Source: Geothrix sp. (GTDB lineage Bacteria; Acidobacteriota; Holophagae; Holophagales; Holophagaceae). Taken from it: 64,000 bases of DNA. Each line of letters begins with the position of its first letter. The stretch's first letter is position 1. Below, piece by piece: positions 19,761 through 31,140 of this stretch. Where the stretch lies: contig JARLGO010000222.1 in the NCBI GenBank assembly GCA_031292655.1, positions 26,042 through 90,041 on the forward strand. Reading direction: 5' to 3'. The notes under the pieces are model-generated. The model did no database searches. It was not told the DNA's origin and saw nothing but the letters and a program-made list of their open reading frames with translations. Both the position numbers and the translations under genes were made by a program.

Positions 19761-20488
19761 CCGATCTCGAACTCGCCTGCCATATCGCCGAGACGGCGGG
19801 GAATCTGCTGCTGGCGTTGCAGAAGTCGGGCCTGTTCTCGGGCAAGGCTCTGGGCAAGGCGGGGGACCGGGTCGCCAATGCGTTCATCATGGAGGCACTG
19901 GCGGCGCAGCGGCCAGACGACGCCGTGCTCTCCGAAGAGGAGAAGGACAACGCGGCGCGGCTTAACGCACGCCGGGTCTGGATTGTCGATCCGCTGGACG
20001 GCACCCGCGAATACGGCGAAGCGCGCACGGATTGGGCGGTCCACATCGCGCTCAGCCTCGACGGCGCACCGGCGGTCGGCGCGGTGGCGCTGCCGGGGCT
20101 GGGGCTGATCCTGGGCTCCAACCCGGGGCACGAACTGCCGCCCGCCGGGGCAAAGCCACGCATGCTGGTGAGCCGCACCCGCCCCGCCGCCGAGGCGATG
20201 GCCGTGGCCGAGGCGCTGGGTGCGGAGTTGGTGCCGATGGGCTCGGCTGGCGCCAAGGCGATGGCGATCCTGCGCGGCGAGGCGGATATCTATCTACATT
20301 CCGGCGGGCAATATGAGTGGGACAACTGCGCCCCCGCCGCCGTGGCCCTGGCCGCCGGGCTGCATGCCTCGCGCATCGACGGCGCCGCCCTGAGCTATAA
20401 CCACGCCGACCCGTACCTGCCCGACCTGCTGATCTGCCGGAAGGAAGACGCCGAAAACATCCTGCGCCTGGTCCGCCTCGCCGCCTGA
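19757..20488 (+). CDS. cysQ: 3'(2'),5'-bisphosphate nucleotidase
   Basis: [19 protein letters not shown]; ATGA overlap with cysNC stop. Confidence 0.93.
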   Translation: MTDLELACHIAETAGNLLLALQKSGLFSGKALGKAGDRVANAFIMEALAAQRPDDAVLSEEEKDNAARLNARRVWIVDPLDGTREYGEARTDWAVHIALSLDGAPAVGAVALPGLGLILGSNPGHELPPAGAKPRMLVSRTRPAAEAMAVAEALGAELVPMGSAGAKAMAILRGEADIYLHSGGQYEWDNCAPAAVALAAGLHASRIDGAALSYNHADPYLPDLLICRKEDAENILRLVRLAA

Positions 20489-20567
20489 CCGCCGAGCTCT
20501 GGCCAGGGGGGTGGGCGCCGTGCATATTCGCCGTGCAACAACCCTGTAAAAATAGGAGGCGTTCCAG

Positions 20568-21746
<1,179 letters not shown>

Positions 21747-21787
21747 GTAAGGCCAGGGGCAGCGCCCTTTGGTCTTATCTGCCCCCG

Positions 21788-21848
21788 TAGAGCGATATCC
21801 GGTTAAGTTGAACCGGAAGGCTCAAACTAACCGGATGAAAACGCTCTA
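21788..21848. repeat. Palindromic intergenic element TAGAGCG...CGCTCTA (RIME/CIR/Bru-RS-like)
   Basis: Nested inverted repeats TAGAGCG/CGCTCTA and ATCCGGTTA/TAACCGGAT; ends resemble alphaproteobacterial non-autonomous repeats. Confidence 0.65.
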
Positions 21849-21918
21849 ACTTATTGATAAGAGGCTGATTCACGCCTTCGGTTGCCGCGCCGAAGCGCGT
21901 CAACCTCAGACGATCAGA

Positions 21919-23838
21919 CTAGCTCAACGTCAGCACGAACTGCGCATAGCCGTCCCCGGCGTCGCCGAGGGTGGTGATGTTGTGTTGTTGCAGCAGGAAG
22001 GCGGCGGCGGCGGGGGCGCTCTCAAAAGTTACGGCGACTGGGCTGCCGATCGGGGCGAAGGACCAGATCGCGGGGGTTTCGACGGCGATGGTTTTTGTGG
22101 CGAGGATATAGCGAACGATGACGTCGCGGGTTTGGTCAGGGGCGCGCAGGAGGACGGCGTCGGGGTTGCGGGTGATGTGGCCGCTATCGGCGCGGTAGTT
22201 GTTGGTGATGACGACGAATTGTTGGTCTGCGGTGACGGGTTGGCCGTTGTAGCGCAGGTTGACGATGCGGTGGGCGCGCTCGTCTCTTTTGCCGTGGGCG
22301 CGGAAGCGGGCGGGCTGGGTGATATCGATATTGTAGGTGATGCCGGAGATCACATCGAAGACATAGGACGGGACGTAGCGGTTGAAGAGCGGCTGGGGCT
22401 CGGGGTCTTGCGGGTCGATCTTATTAAAAATTTCGGCGGAGTGTTCCAGCCAGTCGCGCAGTTCCGCGCCGTTCACCAGGACTGCGGCGACGGTATTGGG
22501 GTACATATAGAGATCGGCGACGTCCTTGATGGCGATGGTGCCGGTGCGCAGGTCCACGTAATTGTCCGGAGATTGGTAGCCTTCCTTGAACGGGGCGGCG
22601 GCGGAGAGAACGGGGATGCCGGCGGCGGATGCGGGCAGGAGCGGCCTTGCATACCAGGTTTGCGCGGTGTTGACCAAGGCGAGCGAGCTGTCGGTGCCGA
22701 TAAGCGCGAAATAGCTGTTCACCGGGCGGGTCAGATGGCCGATGGGTTGGCGGATCCAGGCCAGGGTCTTGGCGTGTTCGGGGGCGACGGCGGCATCTAT
22801 CGCGGGGCTATTGGCGGCGAGCGAAGTGACGGTCTGATCCGCCCGTTCGGAGATCGGCTGGGTCGCGGTGGAGAAATCCGAGACGCTCCAGCGTCCGTCC
22901 TGCCGGGTGAGGGTGAGGTCGATCACGCCGAGTTCGCTGCCCCAGAAGCCGGGCATGACGGCGGGGACATTGCCCAGCGTGCCGCGGGTCGCGTCGATGC
23001 CGTCCATCCCGGCATAGTCCGGCCCGGGGAAGACGCGGTGGGAATGGCCAGTGAAAATGACATCGATGCCCGGCACGGCGGCGAGGTAATAGGAGGCGTT
23101 TTCCTCGCCGCCCCGGCGCGGGGCGGTGGAAATGCCGGAATGGCTGAGCGCGACGAGGAGATCGACCTGGGCGCGCAAGGCGGGGACGTGGTGCAGGGCG
23201 GCATCCACGATGTCGATGGTTTGCACGCGGTTGTGCAGGTGGCCCTGGTCCCAGTCGGTGATCTGCGGCGGGAGGAAGCCGATCACGCCGATTTTCAAAT
23301 CATGCTGGCTGCCGTCCTCGGCGGTGAAACTGCGCTCCAGGATCAGCGTGGGCGGCAAAAACGGCGTGCCGTCGGCGTGCAGCAGATTGGCCGAGCAGAG
23401 GGGGAATTTGGCGCCCTGAAGCGCGGTGATCAGAAAGGGCAGGCCGTAATTGAACTCGTGGTTGCCCAGCGTCGCGGCGTCATAGCCGAGCGTGTTCATG
23501 GCGCGGATCGTGGGGTGAACGCCGTCGGCGGGAAAATTGCCCGGCTGGGCGACGTAATCGGCGAGCGGGTTGCCCTGGATGGTGTCGCCATTGTCGAACA
23601 GCATACTGTTGGGCGCTTGCGCCCGCGCGGCGCGGATCAGCGTGGCGACCTTGGTCAGCCCGACGGTCTCGTCCGACTGGTCGCGGAAATAGTCATAATC
23701 CTCGTCGAACGTGTGCAGGTCCGAGGTTTCCAGCAGGCGGAGCTTGATCACCGGCCCGGTGGCGGCCTGGGCAGCAGGGGCGAGCAGCAAAGCCGCCGCC
23801 CCTTGCAGGAGCGCGCGGCGGTTGGGGGCAACAGACAT
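21919..23838 (-). CDS. cpdB: 2',3'-cyclic-nucleotide 2'-phosphodiesterase/3'-nucleotidase, Tat-type signal
   Basis: NRRALL Tat-like motif; ETSDLH, DNGDTIQGNP, GNHEFNYG, GHSH, TNNYR. Confidence 0.92.
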   Translation of the reverse strand: MSVAPNRRALLQGAAALLLAPAAQAATGPVIKLRLLETSDLHTFDEDYDYFRDQSDETVGLTKVATLIRAARAQAPNSMLFDNGDTIQGNPLADYVAQPGNFPADGVHPTIRAMNTLGYDAATLGNHEFNYGLPFLITALQGAKFPLCSANLLHADGTPFLPPTLILERSFTAEDGSQHDLKIGVIGFLPPQITDWDQGHLHNRVQTIDIVDAALHHVPALRAQVDLLVALSHSGISTAPRRGGEENASYYLAAVPGIDVIFTGHSHRVFPGPDYAGMDGIDATRGTLGNVPAVMPGFWGSELGVIDLTLTRQDGRWSVSDFSTATQPISERADQTVTSLAANSPAIDAAVAPEHAKTLAWIRQPIGHLTRPVNSYFALIGTDSSLALVNTAQTWYARPLLPASAAGIPVLSAAAPFKEGYQSPDNYVDLRTGTIAIKDVADLYMYPNTVAAVLVNGAELRDWLEHSAEIFNKIDPQDPEPQPLFNRYVPSYVFDVISGITYNIDITQPARFRAHGKRDERAHRIVNLRYNGQPVTADQQFVVITNNYRADSGHITRNPDAVLLRAPDQTRDVIVRYILATKTIAVETPAIWSFAPIGSPVAVTFESAPAAAAFLLQQHNITTLGDAGDGYAQFVLTLS

Positions 23839-23910
23839 GGCGGCCTTTCACGGCAGGGTGTTCTACCCCAGGTAGCATGCCTCTTGCCTGCGCCCAGGAC
23901 AAGGCGGCGC

Positions 23911-26061
23911 CTAATCCACCCGGCGCTTATATTTCGGCCTTGGCCGGTCGGCGTGCAGCGCGGAGCCGCGGCCGGAGAGGGAGGGGTTGGTCATGAAATA
24001 TTCATGCGCGGAGGCAGGCGGATCGCCGGGGGTGACGCGGACCCAGTTGCCGTCGGCGTGGAGTTCGGAGGACTGGGCGTCGTCGCGCAGGTTGACGACC
24101 ATGATCTGGTCGAGCACCTGCGCGTGGACGGTCGGGTTATGGATCGGCACGAAGGTTTCGACCCGGCCTTCCATGTTGCGGGCCATCCAGTCGGCGCTGG
24201 AGATGAACACCTTGTTCTCGCGCGCGGGCATGGCGTGGCCGTTGGCAAAGGCGCAGATGCGGCCATGTTCGAGGAAGCGCCCGACGATGGATTTGACCTT
24301 GATCGTCTCGGACAGGCCGGGCACGCCAGGGCGCAGGCAGCAGATCCCGCGCACGACGATGTTGATGGGCACGCCCGCGCGGGAAGCCTCGTAGAGATGG
24401 TCGATCAGCCGGTCATCGACGAGCGAGTTCATCTTCAGCCAGATGCCAGACGGCTTGCCCGTCTTGGCATGGGCGATTTCAGCGTCGATCAGCGTGTCGA
24501 TGGTCTTGCGCGTGGTGAGTGGCGAGAAGGCAAGCTGTTCCATCGTCTCCGGGCGGGCATAGCCGGTCATGTAGTTGAACAGCCGGGCGGCGTCGCGGGT
24601 CAGCGCCGGGTCGCAGGTGAAGAAGGAGAGGTCGGTGTAGATGCGCGCCGTGATCGGATGGTAATTGCCGGTGCCGAAATGCGCATAGGCGCGCAAGGTC
24701 CCGCCCTCGCGCCGGACGACATAGGACATCTTCGCGTGGGTTTTGAGGCCGACGAAGCCGAAAACAACCTGCACCCCCGCGGCTTCCAGCGTGCGCGAGA
24801 GGTGGATATTGGCCTCTTCGTCGAAACGCGCGCGCAGTTCCACCATCGCGGTGACGGATTTCCCGGCCTCGGCGGCTTCGATCAGCGCCTTGACGATGGG
24901 CGAGTCCCGGCTGGTCCGGTACAAAGTCTGCTTGACCGCGACCACGGCAGGGTCGGCGGCGGCCTGACGGAGGAACTGCACGACCACGTCGAAGCTCTCG
25001 AACGGGTGGTGGACCAGAATATCCTTGGCGCGGATGGCGGCGAAGCAGTCGCCGCCGAAATCGCGGATGCGTTCGGGAAAGCGGGCGGTATAGGGCGGGA
25101 AAAGCAGATCGGGGCGGTCGTCCACGATCATCTGCTTGACATCGACCAGGCCCATGATCCCGGTCTCGGTATAAACCTCGTCGGTGGGCGCCTCGACGGC
25201 GTCGATCACCAGCTCGCGCAGGTCGTCGGGCATGTCCGCCTGCAAGGTGAGCTGGATGGCAACACCCCGGCGGCGGCGTTTGAGCGCGCTCTCATACGAG
25301 CGCACGAGGTCTTCGGCTTCTTCCTCGAACTCGACGTCGGTATCGCGGATCAGGCGGAACAGGCCGGAGCTTTGCACCTTAAAGCCGGGAAAGAGCCGCT
25401 GCATGAACATGCCGACCAGTTCTTCGAGCATGATGAAGCGGATCGGCCCTTCGGCGTCGGGCAGGCGGACGAAGCGCTCGACCTGGCTCGGCATCGGGAT
25501 CAGCGCCGACATCTGCCCCCGGTCATCGTCGCGCGTGAGCTTCAGCGCCATGACGAGGCCCATATTCGGGATAAAGGGGAAGGGATGCGCCGGGTCCACC
25601 GCGAGCGGGGTGAGGACGGGAAAAACGCGCTCCATGAAGTAGCTGTCGAGGAAATGCGCGTCGTCGCTATTGAGCTGGGCGGCGGAGCAGATGATGATAC
25701 CCGCCGCCGCGAGCAGCGTGCGGACATGGGCGAAGGCGTTCTGCTGGGCGATCAGCAATTCGCGGGCGTGGATGTTGATGGCGTGGAGCTGCTGGGCCGG
25801 GGTGGCGCCATCGGCGGAGCGTTCCAGGACTCCGGCGCGGGCCTGGCCGATCAGCCCGGCGACGCGCACGGAGTAGAATTCGTCGAGGTTGGAGGCGCTG
25901 ATGGAGATGAAGCGCAGGCGCTCAAGCAGCGGGTGGCGGGGGTTCTCGGCCTCGGAGACGACGCGGAAGTTGAAGTCGAGCCAGGAGAGCTCCCGGTTGA
26001 TGAAACGGGCGGGGTCGTCGAGGCTGATCTGAGGGACGGGCGCTGCGGCTGTTTGATCCAT
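23911..26061 (-). CDS. ppk1: Polyphosphate kinase 1
   Basis: [46 protein letters not shown]. Confidence 0.97.
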   Translation of the reverse strand: MDQTAAAPVPQISLDDPARFINRELSWLDFNFRVVSEAENPRHPLLERLRFISISASNLDEFYSVRVAGLIGQARAGVLERSADGATPAQQLHAINIHARELLIAQQNAFAHVRTLLAAAGIIICSAAQLNSDDAHFLDSYFMERVFPVLTPLAVDPAHPFPFIPNMGLVMALKLTRDDDRGQMSALIPMPSQVERFVRLPDAEGPIRFIMLEELVGMFMQRLFPGFKVQSSGLFRLIRDTDVEFEEEAEDLVRSYESALKRRRRGVAIQLTLQADMPDDLRELVIDAVEAPTDEVYTETGIMGLVDVKQMIVDDRPDLLFPPYTARFPERIRDFGGDCFAAIRAKDILVHHPFESFDVVVQFLRQAAADPAVVAVKQTLYRTSRDSPIVKALIEAAEAGKSVTAMVELRARFDEEANIHLSRTLEAAGVQVVFGFVGLKTHAKMSYVVRREGGTLRAYAHFGTGNYHPITARIYTDLSFFTCDPALTRDAARLFNYMTGYARPETMEQLAFSPLTTRKTIDTLIDAEIAHAKTGKPSGIWLKMNSLVDDRLIDHLYEASRAGVPINIVVRGICCLRPGVPGLSETIKVKSIVGRFLEHGRICAFANGHAMPARENKVFISSADWMARNMEGRVETFVPIHNPTVHAQVLDQIMVVNLRDDAQSSELHADGNWVRVTPGDPPASAHEYFMTNPSLSGRGSALHADRPRPKYKRRVD

Positions 26062-26096
26062 GGTCTCTCTCTATATCAGACTGATTTATGCCTGGG

Positions 26097-26114
26097 ATGA
26101 CGACTCTGTAACAG
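26097..26114 (-). promoter_or_regulatory. Putative Pho box
   Basis: Minus strand CTGTTAC-AGAG-TCGTCAT, 11-bp period, ~36 nt upstream of ppk1. Confidence 0.6.
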
Positions 26115-26131
26115 TTCTTTTTAATCTTAAC

Positions 26132-26785
26132 TCAGAGGTCGAGCATATCCTGCATGATTTCCGCGGCAAGCTGGCGGGTGATTCGGGTGCCCCGGTCGAG
26201 GGTGATGCGGTCCAGCCGCGCCACGGCTTCGCGCAGGGCGGCGGCGGTGCGCGGCAGATAGGTGAGCAGGAAGTTGCGCACCGGCAGACCCAGCATGAGC
26301 TGACGCTCGGCGGCGAGGCGGGCGAGAAGCTGGGCGAGGAGTTCGTCCTCCGGCGCGCGGATCTCGGCGCTCTCGGAAGCGCGCAGGCGCGAGGCAAGGT
26401 CGGCGAGCTTGATCGACTGGCGCGCCGGGGGCAGGCGCGAGGCCATCAGCACAGGATAGCCCGACTCGGCGGCGGCATTGAGCAAGTGCAGCAGCGCGGT
26501 CGGTTCGGGCAGGATATCGGCGTCGTCCACCGCGACCGGGCCGCGCGGCCGGATTAGCCCGCGCAGTTCCGGGCCGCCGAGCAGGGTGGCGTTATGGGCT
26601 TTAGCCCAGATATGCAGCAGATGGGTCTTGCCGCAGCCGGGTTCGCCCCAGAGGACGAGCCGTCCGTTGCTCCAGGAATCGGGCCGGGCGAGCCAGTCCC
26701 GCGCCAGGGCATTGGAGGGTGCGGCGCAGAAATCCTCGGCGGCGTAGTAGGTCTCGTCCGCGAAAGGGAGGGCGAGCTGCTTCAT
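26132..26785 (-). CDS. hda: DnaA regulatory inactivator Hda/HdaA
   Basis: QLALPF clamp-binding motif, GEPGCGKTHL, DLASRL; beside AI-2E gene and purM. Confidence 0.85.
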   Translation of the reverse strand: MKQLALPFADETYYAAEDFCAAPSNALARDWLARPDSWSNGRLVLWGEPGCGKTHLLHIWAKAHNATLLGGPELRGLIRPRGPVAVDDADILPEPTALLHLLNAAAESGYPVLMASRLPPARQSIKLADLASRLRASESAEIRAPEDELLAQLLARLAAERQLMLGLPVRNFLLTYLPRTAAALREAVARLDRITLDRGTRITRQLAAEIMQDMLDL

Positions 26786-27888
26786 GGCTGGGGCGGGGCG
26801 TCGAGATAGAGCGGGCTTTGCAGATAGCGCCGCAGCCAGAAGCGGGCGAGCACGCCGAGCGTGGCGGTAACCGGGACGGCCAGCATGATGCCGAGGAAGC
26901 CAAACGCCGCGCCGCCCGCGAACAGGGAGAAAATCACCCAGACCGCAGGCAGGCCGACGCGGTCGCCGAGGAAGCGCGGCTGGATGATGTAGTCGTTCAG
27001 CGCCTGGCCGAAGCCGAACACGGCCAGCACCAGCAGCACGCCGTGCCAGCCCGGATTCTGATTGAGGGTGAGCAGGATGGCGGTGACCGCGCCGGTCAGC
27101 GTGCCGACATAGGGGATAAACGAGAGCACGCCCGCCGCAAGGCCGACGATCAGCCCGAGATCGAGCCCGATCACCGTCAGGCCGACGGCATAAACCACGG
27201 CAAGCACCAGACAGCAGATCGCCTGACCGCGAATCCAGGCGGCAAGGATGAGGTTGACTTCCAGCGCCTGGGCGCGGATCACGCCCTCATAGGGGCGCGG
27301 CAGCCAGTTATCGACATGGCGGATGATGGCCGGCCAGTCGCGCAGGAGATAGAAGGTCACAATCGGCGTGATGATGAGCAGGGTGAGGATATTCACCACG
27401 GCAAAGCCGCGCCCGATGATGTTACTGGCGGCGGACCCGGCGAAGGAGACGATGGTTCCTGCCTGATTGGCGGCAAGGTCGCGCAGTTTCTGGCTCATCG
27501 CGCCGGGGCCGAGCCGCCGTTGCAGGTCCGCCACCAGATGGCCGAAATCGCTCTGCGCGGTATGGATATAAGAGGGCAGGTTGGTGATGAGGACCGCGGC
27601 CTGGCTGGCGATGACGGGGTAGAGCAGCAACACGAACAGGGTGACGAACAGCACGAACACCGCGAGCAGGACAAACGCCCCGGCGGAACGGCGCAGGCCA
27701 ATTTTCTCCAACCGGCTGACGGCGGGATCAAGAAAATAAGCAAGCCCCGCCGCCACCACGAAAGGCGTGAGAATCCCCGAAAACAGCCGGAAAAACTCCC
27801 ATAATCCGAGGAGAATTGCGGCGGTAAGGGCCAAACGCTGCCATTGCACCTTACGCGCGCGGGCGAGAATGGGCGGCACATCGCTCAT
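26782..27888 (-). CDS. AI-2E family transporter
   Basis: PF...LAYFLDP, FYLLRDW, WIRGQ, FIPYVG, GFLGIMLAVP. Confidence 0.9.
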   Translation of the reverse strand: MSDVPPILARARKVQWQRLALTAAILLGLWEFFRLFSGILTPFVVAAGLAYFLDPAVSRLEKIGLRRSAGAFVLLAVFVLFVTLFVLLLYPVIASQAAVLITNLPSYIHTAQSDFGHLVADLQRRLGPGAMSQKLRDLAANQAGTIVSFAGSAASNIIGRGFAVVNILTLLIITPIVTFYLLRDWPAIIRHVDNWLPRPYEGVIRAQALEVNLILAAWIRGQAICCLVLAVVYAVGLTVIGLDLGLIVGLAAGVLSFIPYVGTLTGAVTAILLTLNQNPGWHGVLLVLAVFGFGQALNDYIIQPRFLGDRVGLPAVWVIFSLFAGGAAFGFLGIMLAVPVTATLGVLARFWLRRYLQSPLYLDAPPQP

Positions 27889-28000
27889 GGCGCGCGTTCC
27901 AGCGATTGCGCCCAGCTATGGCCTGTGTTGAAAAGCGGCAGAAATTTAACGGCGTGAAATCGCGAAGCCATGAGACAGGCTTAGCGCATCGGAGGCTGAC

Positions 28001-29038
28001 ATGACCAGCGTGACGTACCGGGATGCCGGGGTGGATATTGAGGCCGGCGATGCGCTGGTCGAGGCGATCAAGCCATTGGCGAAGGCGACGACCCGCGCCG
28101 GGGTGCTGGGCGGTCTGGGCGGCTTCGGCGCGCTCTTCGACCTGAAGGCGGCGGGGTTCGTGGACCCGATCCTGGTTTCGACGACGGACGGCGTCGGCAC
28201 CAAGCTGAAAATCGCCATCGAGACCGGGATTCACGATTTCGTCGGCATCGACCTGGTGGCGATGTGCGTCAACGACCTCGTCGTGCAGGGCGCAGCACCG
28301 CTGTTCTTTCTCGATTACTTTGCCACCGGCGCGCTCGATGTCGCGGCGGCCAGCCGGGTGATTGCCGGGATCGCGCAGGGCTGCAAGATTTCCGGCTGCG
28401 CCCTGGTTGGCGGCGAGACGGCGGAAATGCCGGGCATGTACGCCAAGGGCGATTACGACCTCGCCGGGTTCTCGGTGGGGGCCGCTGAGCGCGGCGCGCT
28501 GTTGCCCGCTGGGGTCCAGGCCGGGGATACGATCCTCGCTTTGCCCTCTTCGGGCGTCCACTCCAACGGCTTCTCCCTGGTGCGCCGGATTATCGCCGAC
28601 GCCGGGCTGGGCTGGGAATCGCCCGCCCCCTTTGCGCCGGGCAAGACGCTGGCCGAGGCGCTGATGGCGCCGACACGGATCTACGTGCAGCCGATGCTGG
28701 CGCTGCATAAGGCCGGGCTGCTCAAGGGGGCGGCGCATATCACCGGTGGCGGCCTGCCGGGCAATCTGCCGCGCGCGCTGCCCGAGGGGCACGGCGCGCG
28801 GTTGCAGGGCCCGTGGCCGATGCCCGCGGTATTCCCCTGGCTGGCGCAGACGGCGGGCGTGGCGGCGGAGGAGATGCTGCGCGTATTCAACTGCGGCGTC
28901 GGGATGACGCTGATTGTTGCCGACGCCGACGCCGCGATGGATGTGCTGCGTGCGGCGGGCGAGTCGCCGTTCGTGCTGGGCGAGGTCACCGCCGCCGAGG
29001 GCGTGGTGGTCGAGGGTGTCGAGAGGCTGTTTGCGTGA
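28001..29038 (+). CDS. purM: Phosphoribosylformylglycinamidine cyclo-ligase
   Basis: [34 protein letters not shown]. Confidence 0.97.
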   Translation: MTSVTYRDAGVDIEAGDALVEAIKPLAKATTRAGVLGGLGGFGALFDLKAAGFVDPILVSTTDGVGTKLKIAIETGIHDFVGIDLVAMCVNDLVVQGAAPLFFLDYFATGALDVAAASRVIAGIAQGCKISGCALVGGETAEMPGMYAKGDYDLAGFSVGAAERGALLPAGVQAGDTILALPSSGVHSNGFSLVRRIIADAGLGWESPAPFAPGKTLAEALMAPTRIYVQPMLALHKAGLLKGAAHITGGGLPGNLPRALPEGHGARLQGPWPMPAVFPWLAQTAGVAAEEMLRVFNCGVGMTLIVADADAAMDVLRAAGESPFVLGEVTAAEGVVVEGVERLFA

Positions 29039-29637
29039 AGCCGCGCGTCGCGGTTTTCTGCTCCGGGCGCGGCTCCAACATGGAGGCGCTGATCCGGGCG
29101 TCGCAGAGTGCGGACTACCCGGCTGAAATCGTGCTGGTGGTCTCGAACAAGGCCGACGTCCCGGCGCTGGAGCTTGCGCGCAAACTGGGGGTGAAGGCGC
29201 TGGCGGTTCCGGCGAAACCCTTCGGCAAGGACCGCGAGGCCCATGAGCGCGCGATCGACGCCGTGCTGGTGGCCGAAAAAATCGAGATCGTCTGCCTGGC
29301 GGGCTATATGCGCCTGCTGACGCCCTATCTTGTGCGGCGCTGGACGGGCCGGATGCTGAATATCCACCCCAGCCTGCTGCCCAAATACCCTGGGCTGGAC
29401 ACCCATGCCCGCGCCCTCGCGGCGGGGGAGCGTAAACATGGTTGCACTGTGCATCTGGTCACGGAAATCATGGATGATGGGCCGATTCTGGCGCAGGCCG
29501 AGGTGCCCATCCTTCCGGGCGATACCGAGGAGACGCTGGCGGCGCGTGTGCTGGAACAGGAACACCGCATCTATCCTGAGGCGCTGGCGGCGCTGAGTGC
29601 GAGAATCTCCTTGCCAGAGGGCGGTGCGAAACCCTAA
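29035..29637 (+). CDS. purN: Phosphoribosylglycinamide formyltransferase
   Basis: [25 protein letters not shown]; GTG overlapping purM stop. Confidence 0.95.
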   Translation: MKPRVAVFCSGRGSNMEALIRASQSADYPAEIVLVVSNKADVPALELARKLGVKALAVPAKPFGKDREAHERAIDAVLVAEKIEIVCLAGYMRLLTPYLVRRWTGRMLNIHPSLLPKYPGLDTHARALAAGERKHGCTVHLVTEIMDDGPILAQAEVPILPGDTEETLAARVLEQEHRIYPEALAALSARISLPEGGAKP

Positions 29638-29677
29638 ATCTCAGCCCAACATCATTTCTCCGGGAGAGAAAAAAGAC

Positions 29678-29839
29678 ATGGCGACCGAGACACATAAAGA
29701 CACGCCCACACCACCGACGGATTTCTTCGACACGACCTCGCAGAAAGGCTGGAACTATTTCACCAAATTTCTGTCGGTCAACGTGGTGCTGATCGTGGCC
29801 GTGCTGCTGCTGATCGGCGCGCTGACGGTCTGGCGCTGA
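29678..29839 (+). CDS. Small single-TM protein (53 aa)
   Basis: Purine-rich RBS region, ATG at 29678, one hydrophobic C-terminal helix. Confidence 0.6.
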   Translation: MATETHKDTPTPPTDFFDTTSQKGWNYFTKFLSVNVVLIVAVLLLIGALTVWR

Positions 29840-29846
29840 TTTCGCC

Positions 29847-30311
29847 TCAGGCCGGATCGTCCTCCGGCGCCAGAACCAGCCGCAGCAGGCGGCGTTTGGT
29901 GTCGGTGAACCCGGCGTCGAGATAGAGGTTATAGGCGCGCGCGTTCTGCGCCTCGACCTCCAGCAATAAGACCCGGATGCCGCATTTGCGCGCCTCCTCC
30001 AGCGCCAGGGCGACGGCCCGCTTGCCCAACCCCCGGCCGCGCACTTGCGGGATCAGGTAGATATCGTCGATAAACCCGTCCGTGCCGCCATTCTCGACGC
30101 TGTAGCCCAGCGTGAGGATGAAGAACCCGACCACGTCCTCGTTCTCCAGCAGCAGATAGGCGGGCGCCAGCGCCACCCCGGCGGCGACATCGCCAAGCGT
30201 GGCTTGCGCCGCCGCATCCAGCGGCGAGCCGTCTTCGAGGTGGAACGCCCGCGACATATCCAGCAGCAGGCCGCCATCCTCGGGCGTTGCGCGCCGCGCG
30301 GTCAGGCTCAT
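29847..30311 (-). CDS. GNAT family N-acetyltransferase
   Basis: RGRGLGK acetyl-CoA motif, N..AYNLY...GF. Confidence 0.85.
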   Translation of the reverse strand: MSLTARRATPEDGGLLLDMSRAFHLEDGSPLDAAAQATLGDVAAGVALAPAYLLLENEDVVGFFILTLGYSVENGGTDGFIDDIYLIPQVRGRGLGKRAVALALEEARKCGIRVLLLEVEAQNARAYNLYLDAGFTDTKRRLLRLVLAPEDDPA

Positions 30312-31099
30312 CGCAGCGTCGGCGCGGCAAGGCGCTCCTCGGCAATATCGAGGGCGGATTCGACCGCGCTGCGCGTGAGGAAGCGCATAATCCCGCGCGG
30401 CGGCTTGGGCCGCAGCCAGACAGGCTTTGCGTCCTTGCCGCCCAGTTGCTTGACCAACATATCGACATCGCCCAGCCCGTCGATCAGCCCGAGCTTGAGG
30501 GCGCGTTCGCCCGAGCAGAAACCGCCGTCGAAAACCTTGTCCTCCTCGGGCGTCAGCCGCGCGCCCCGGCGCTCGCGCACCCAGGATTTGAACATCTCAT
30601 GCGCCTCGTCCAGCATATCGTGGACAAAGACCTCGTCCTGCGGGCGCAGCGGCGAGAACATCTCCAGCCGCGCCTTGTTCTCGCCTGCGGTGAACAGCCG
30701 CCGGTCGATGCCGTATCTGGCGATGAGCTTATCCAGCCCGAAACCGCCGGTGATGACGCCGATGGAGCCGACGATCGAGAGCCGGTTGGCGTAGATTTTA
30801 TCGGCGGCGCAGGCGAGCCAGTACCCGCCCGAAGCGCCGACATCGCCGATAACGGCAGTCAGCTCGACGCCGGTTTCCTGGGCGCGGCGGCGCAAAAGTT
30901 GCCCGATAAGGTCGGATTGCACCGCCGAGCCGCCGGGGCTCTCGATCGCCAGGAAGAGCTTTTTGTGCCGCTTGGCCAGGGCAAAGCCGCGCTCGATCGG
31001 CGGGGTGACGGCTTCGAGGTTCAGAGCGCCTGGCTTAGAGGCGATGATGCCGCGCAGGAGCAGAACAGGAATCTTGGTTTTCGCCCAGGGGAGTTTCAT
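30308..31099 (-). CDS. S49 family peptidase (SppA/SohB-like)
   Basis: ESPGGS, ASGGYWLA, GSIGVI, GENK, GLID. Confidence 0.9.
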   Translation of the reverse strand: MKLPWAKTKIPVLLLRGIIASKPGALNLEAVTPPIERGFALAKRHKKLFLAIESPGGSAVQSDLIGQLLRRRAQETGVELTAVIGDVGASGGYWLACAADKIYANRLSIVGSIGVITGGFGLDKLIARYGIDRRLFTAGENKARLEMFSPLRPQDEVFVHDMLDEAHEMFKSWVRERRGARLTPEEDKVFDGGFCSGERALKLGLIDGLGDVDMLVKQLGGKDAKPVWLRPKPPRGIMRFLTRSAVESALDIAEERLAAPTLR

Positions 31100-31140
31100 A
31101 GAGCGAATTTAGCGCAAAGCGGGTGGCTGTCGAGCGGCAG

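Noticed and set aside
21982-26100. 1372-aa plus-strand ORF
   Set aside because: Antisense shadow of ppk1 and cpdB; no recognisable domain; expected in high-GC DNA
28813-29034. N-terminal extension of PurN in the ORF track
   Set aside because: Overlaps purM; homology begins at the GTG at 29035
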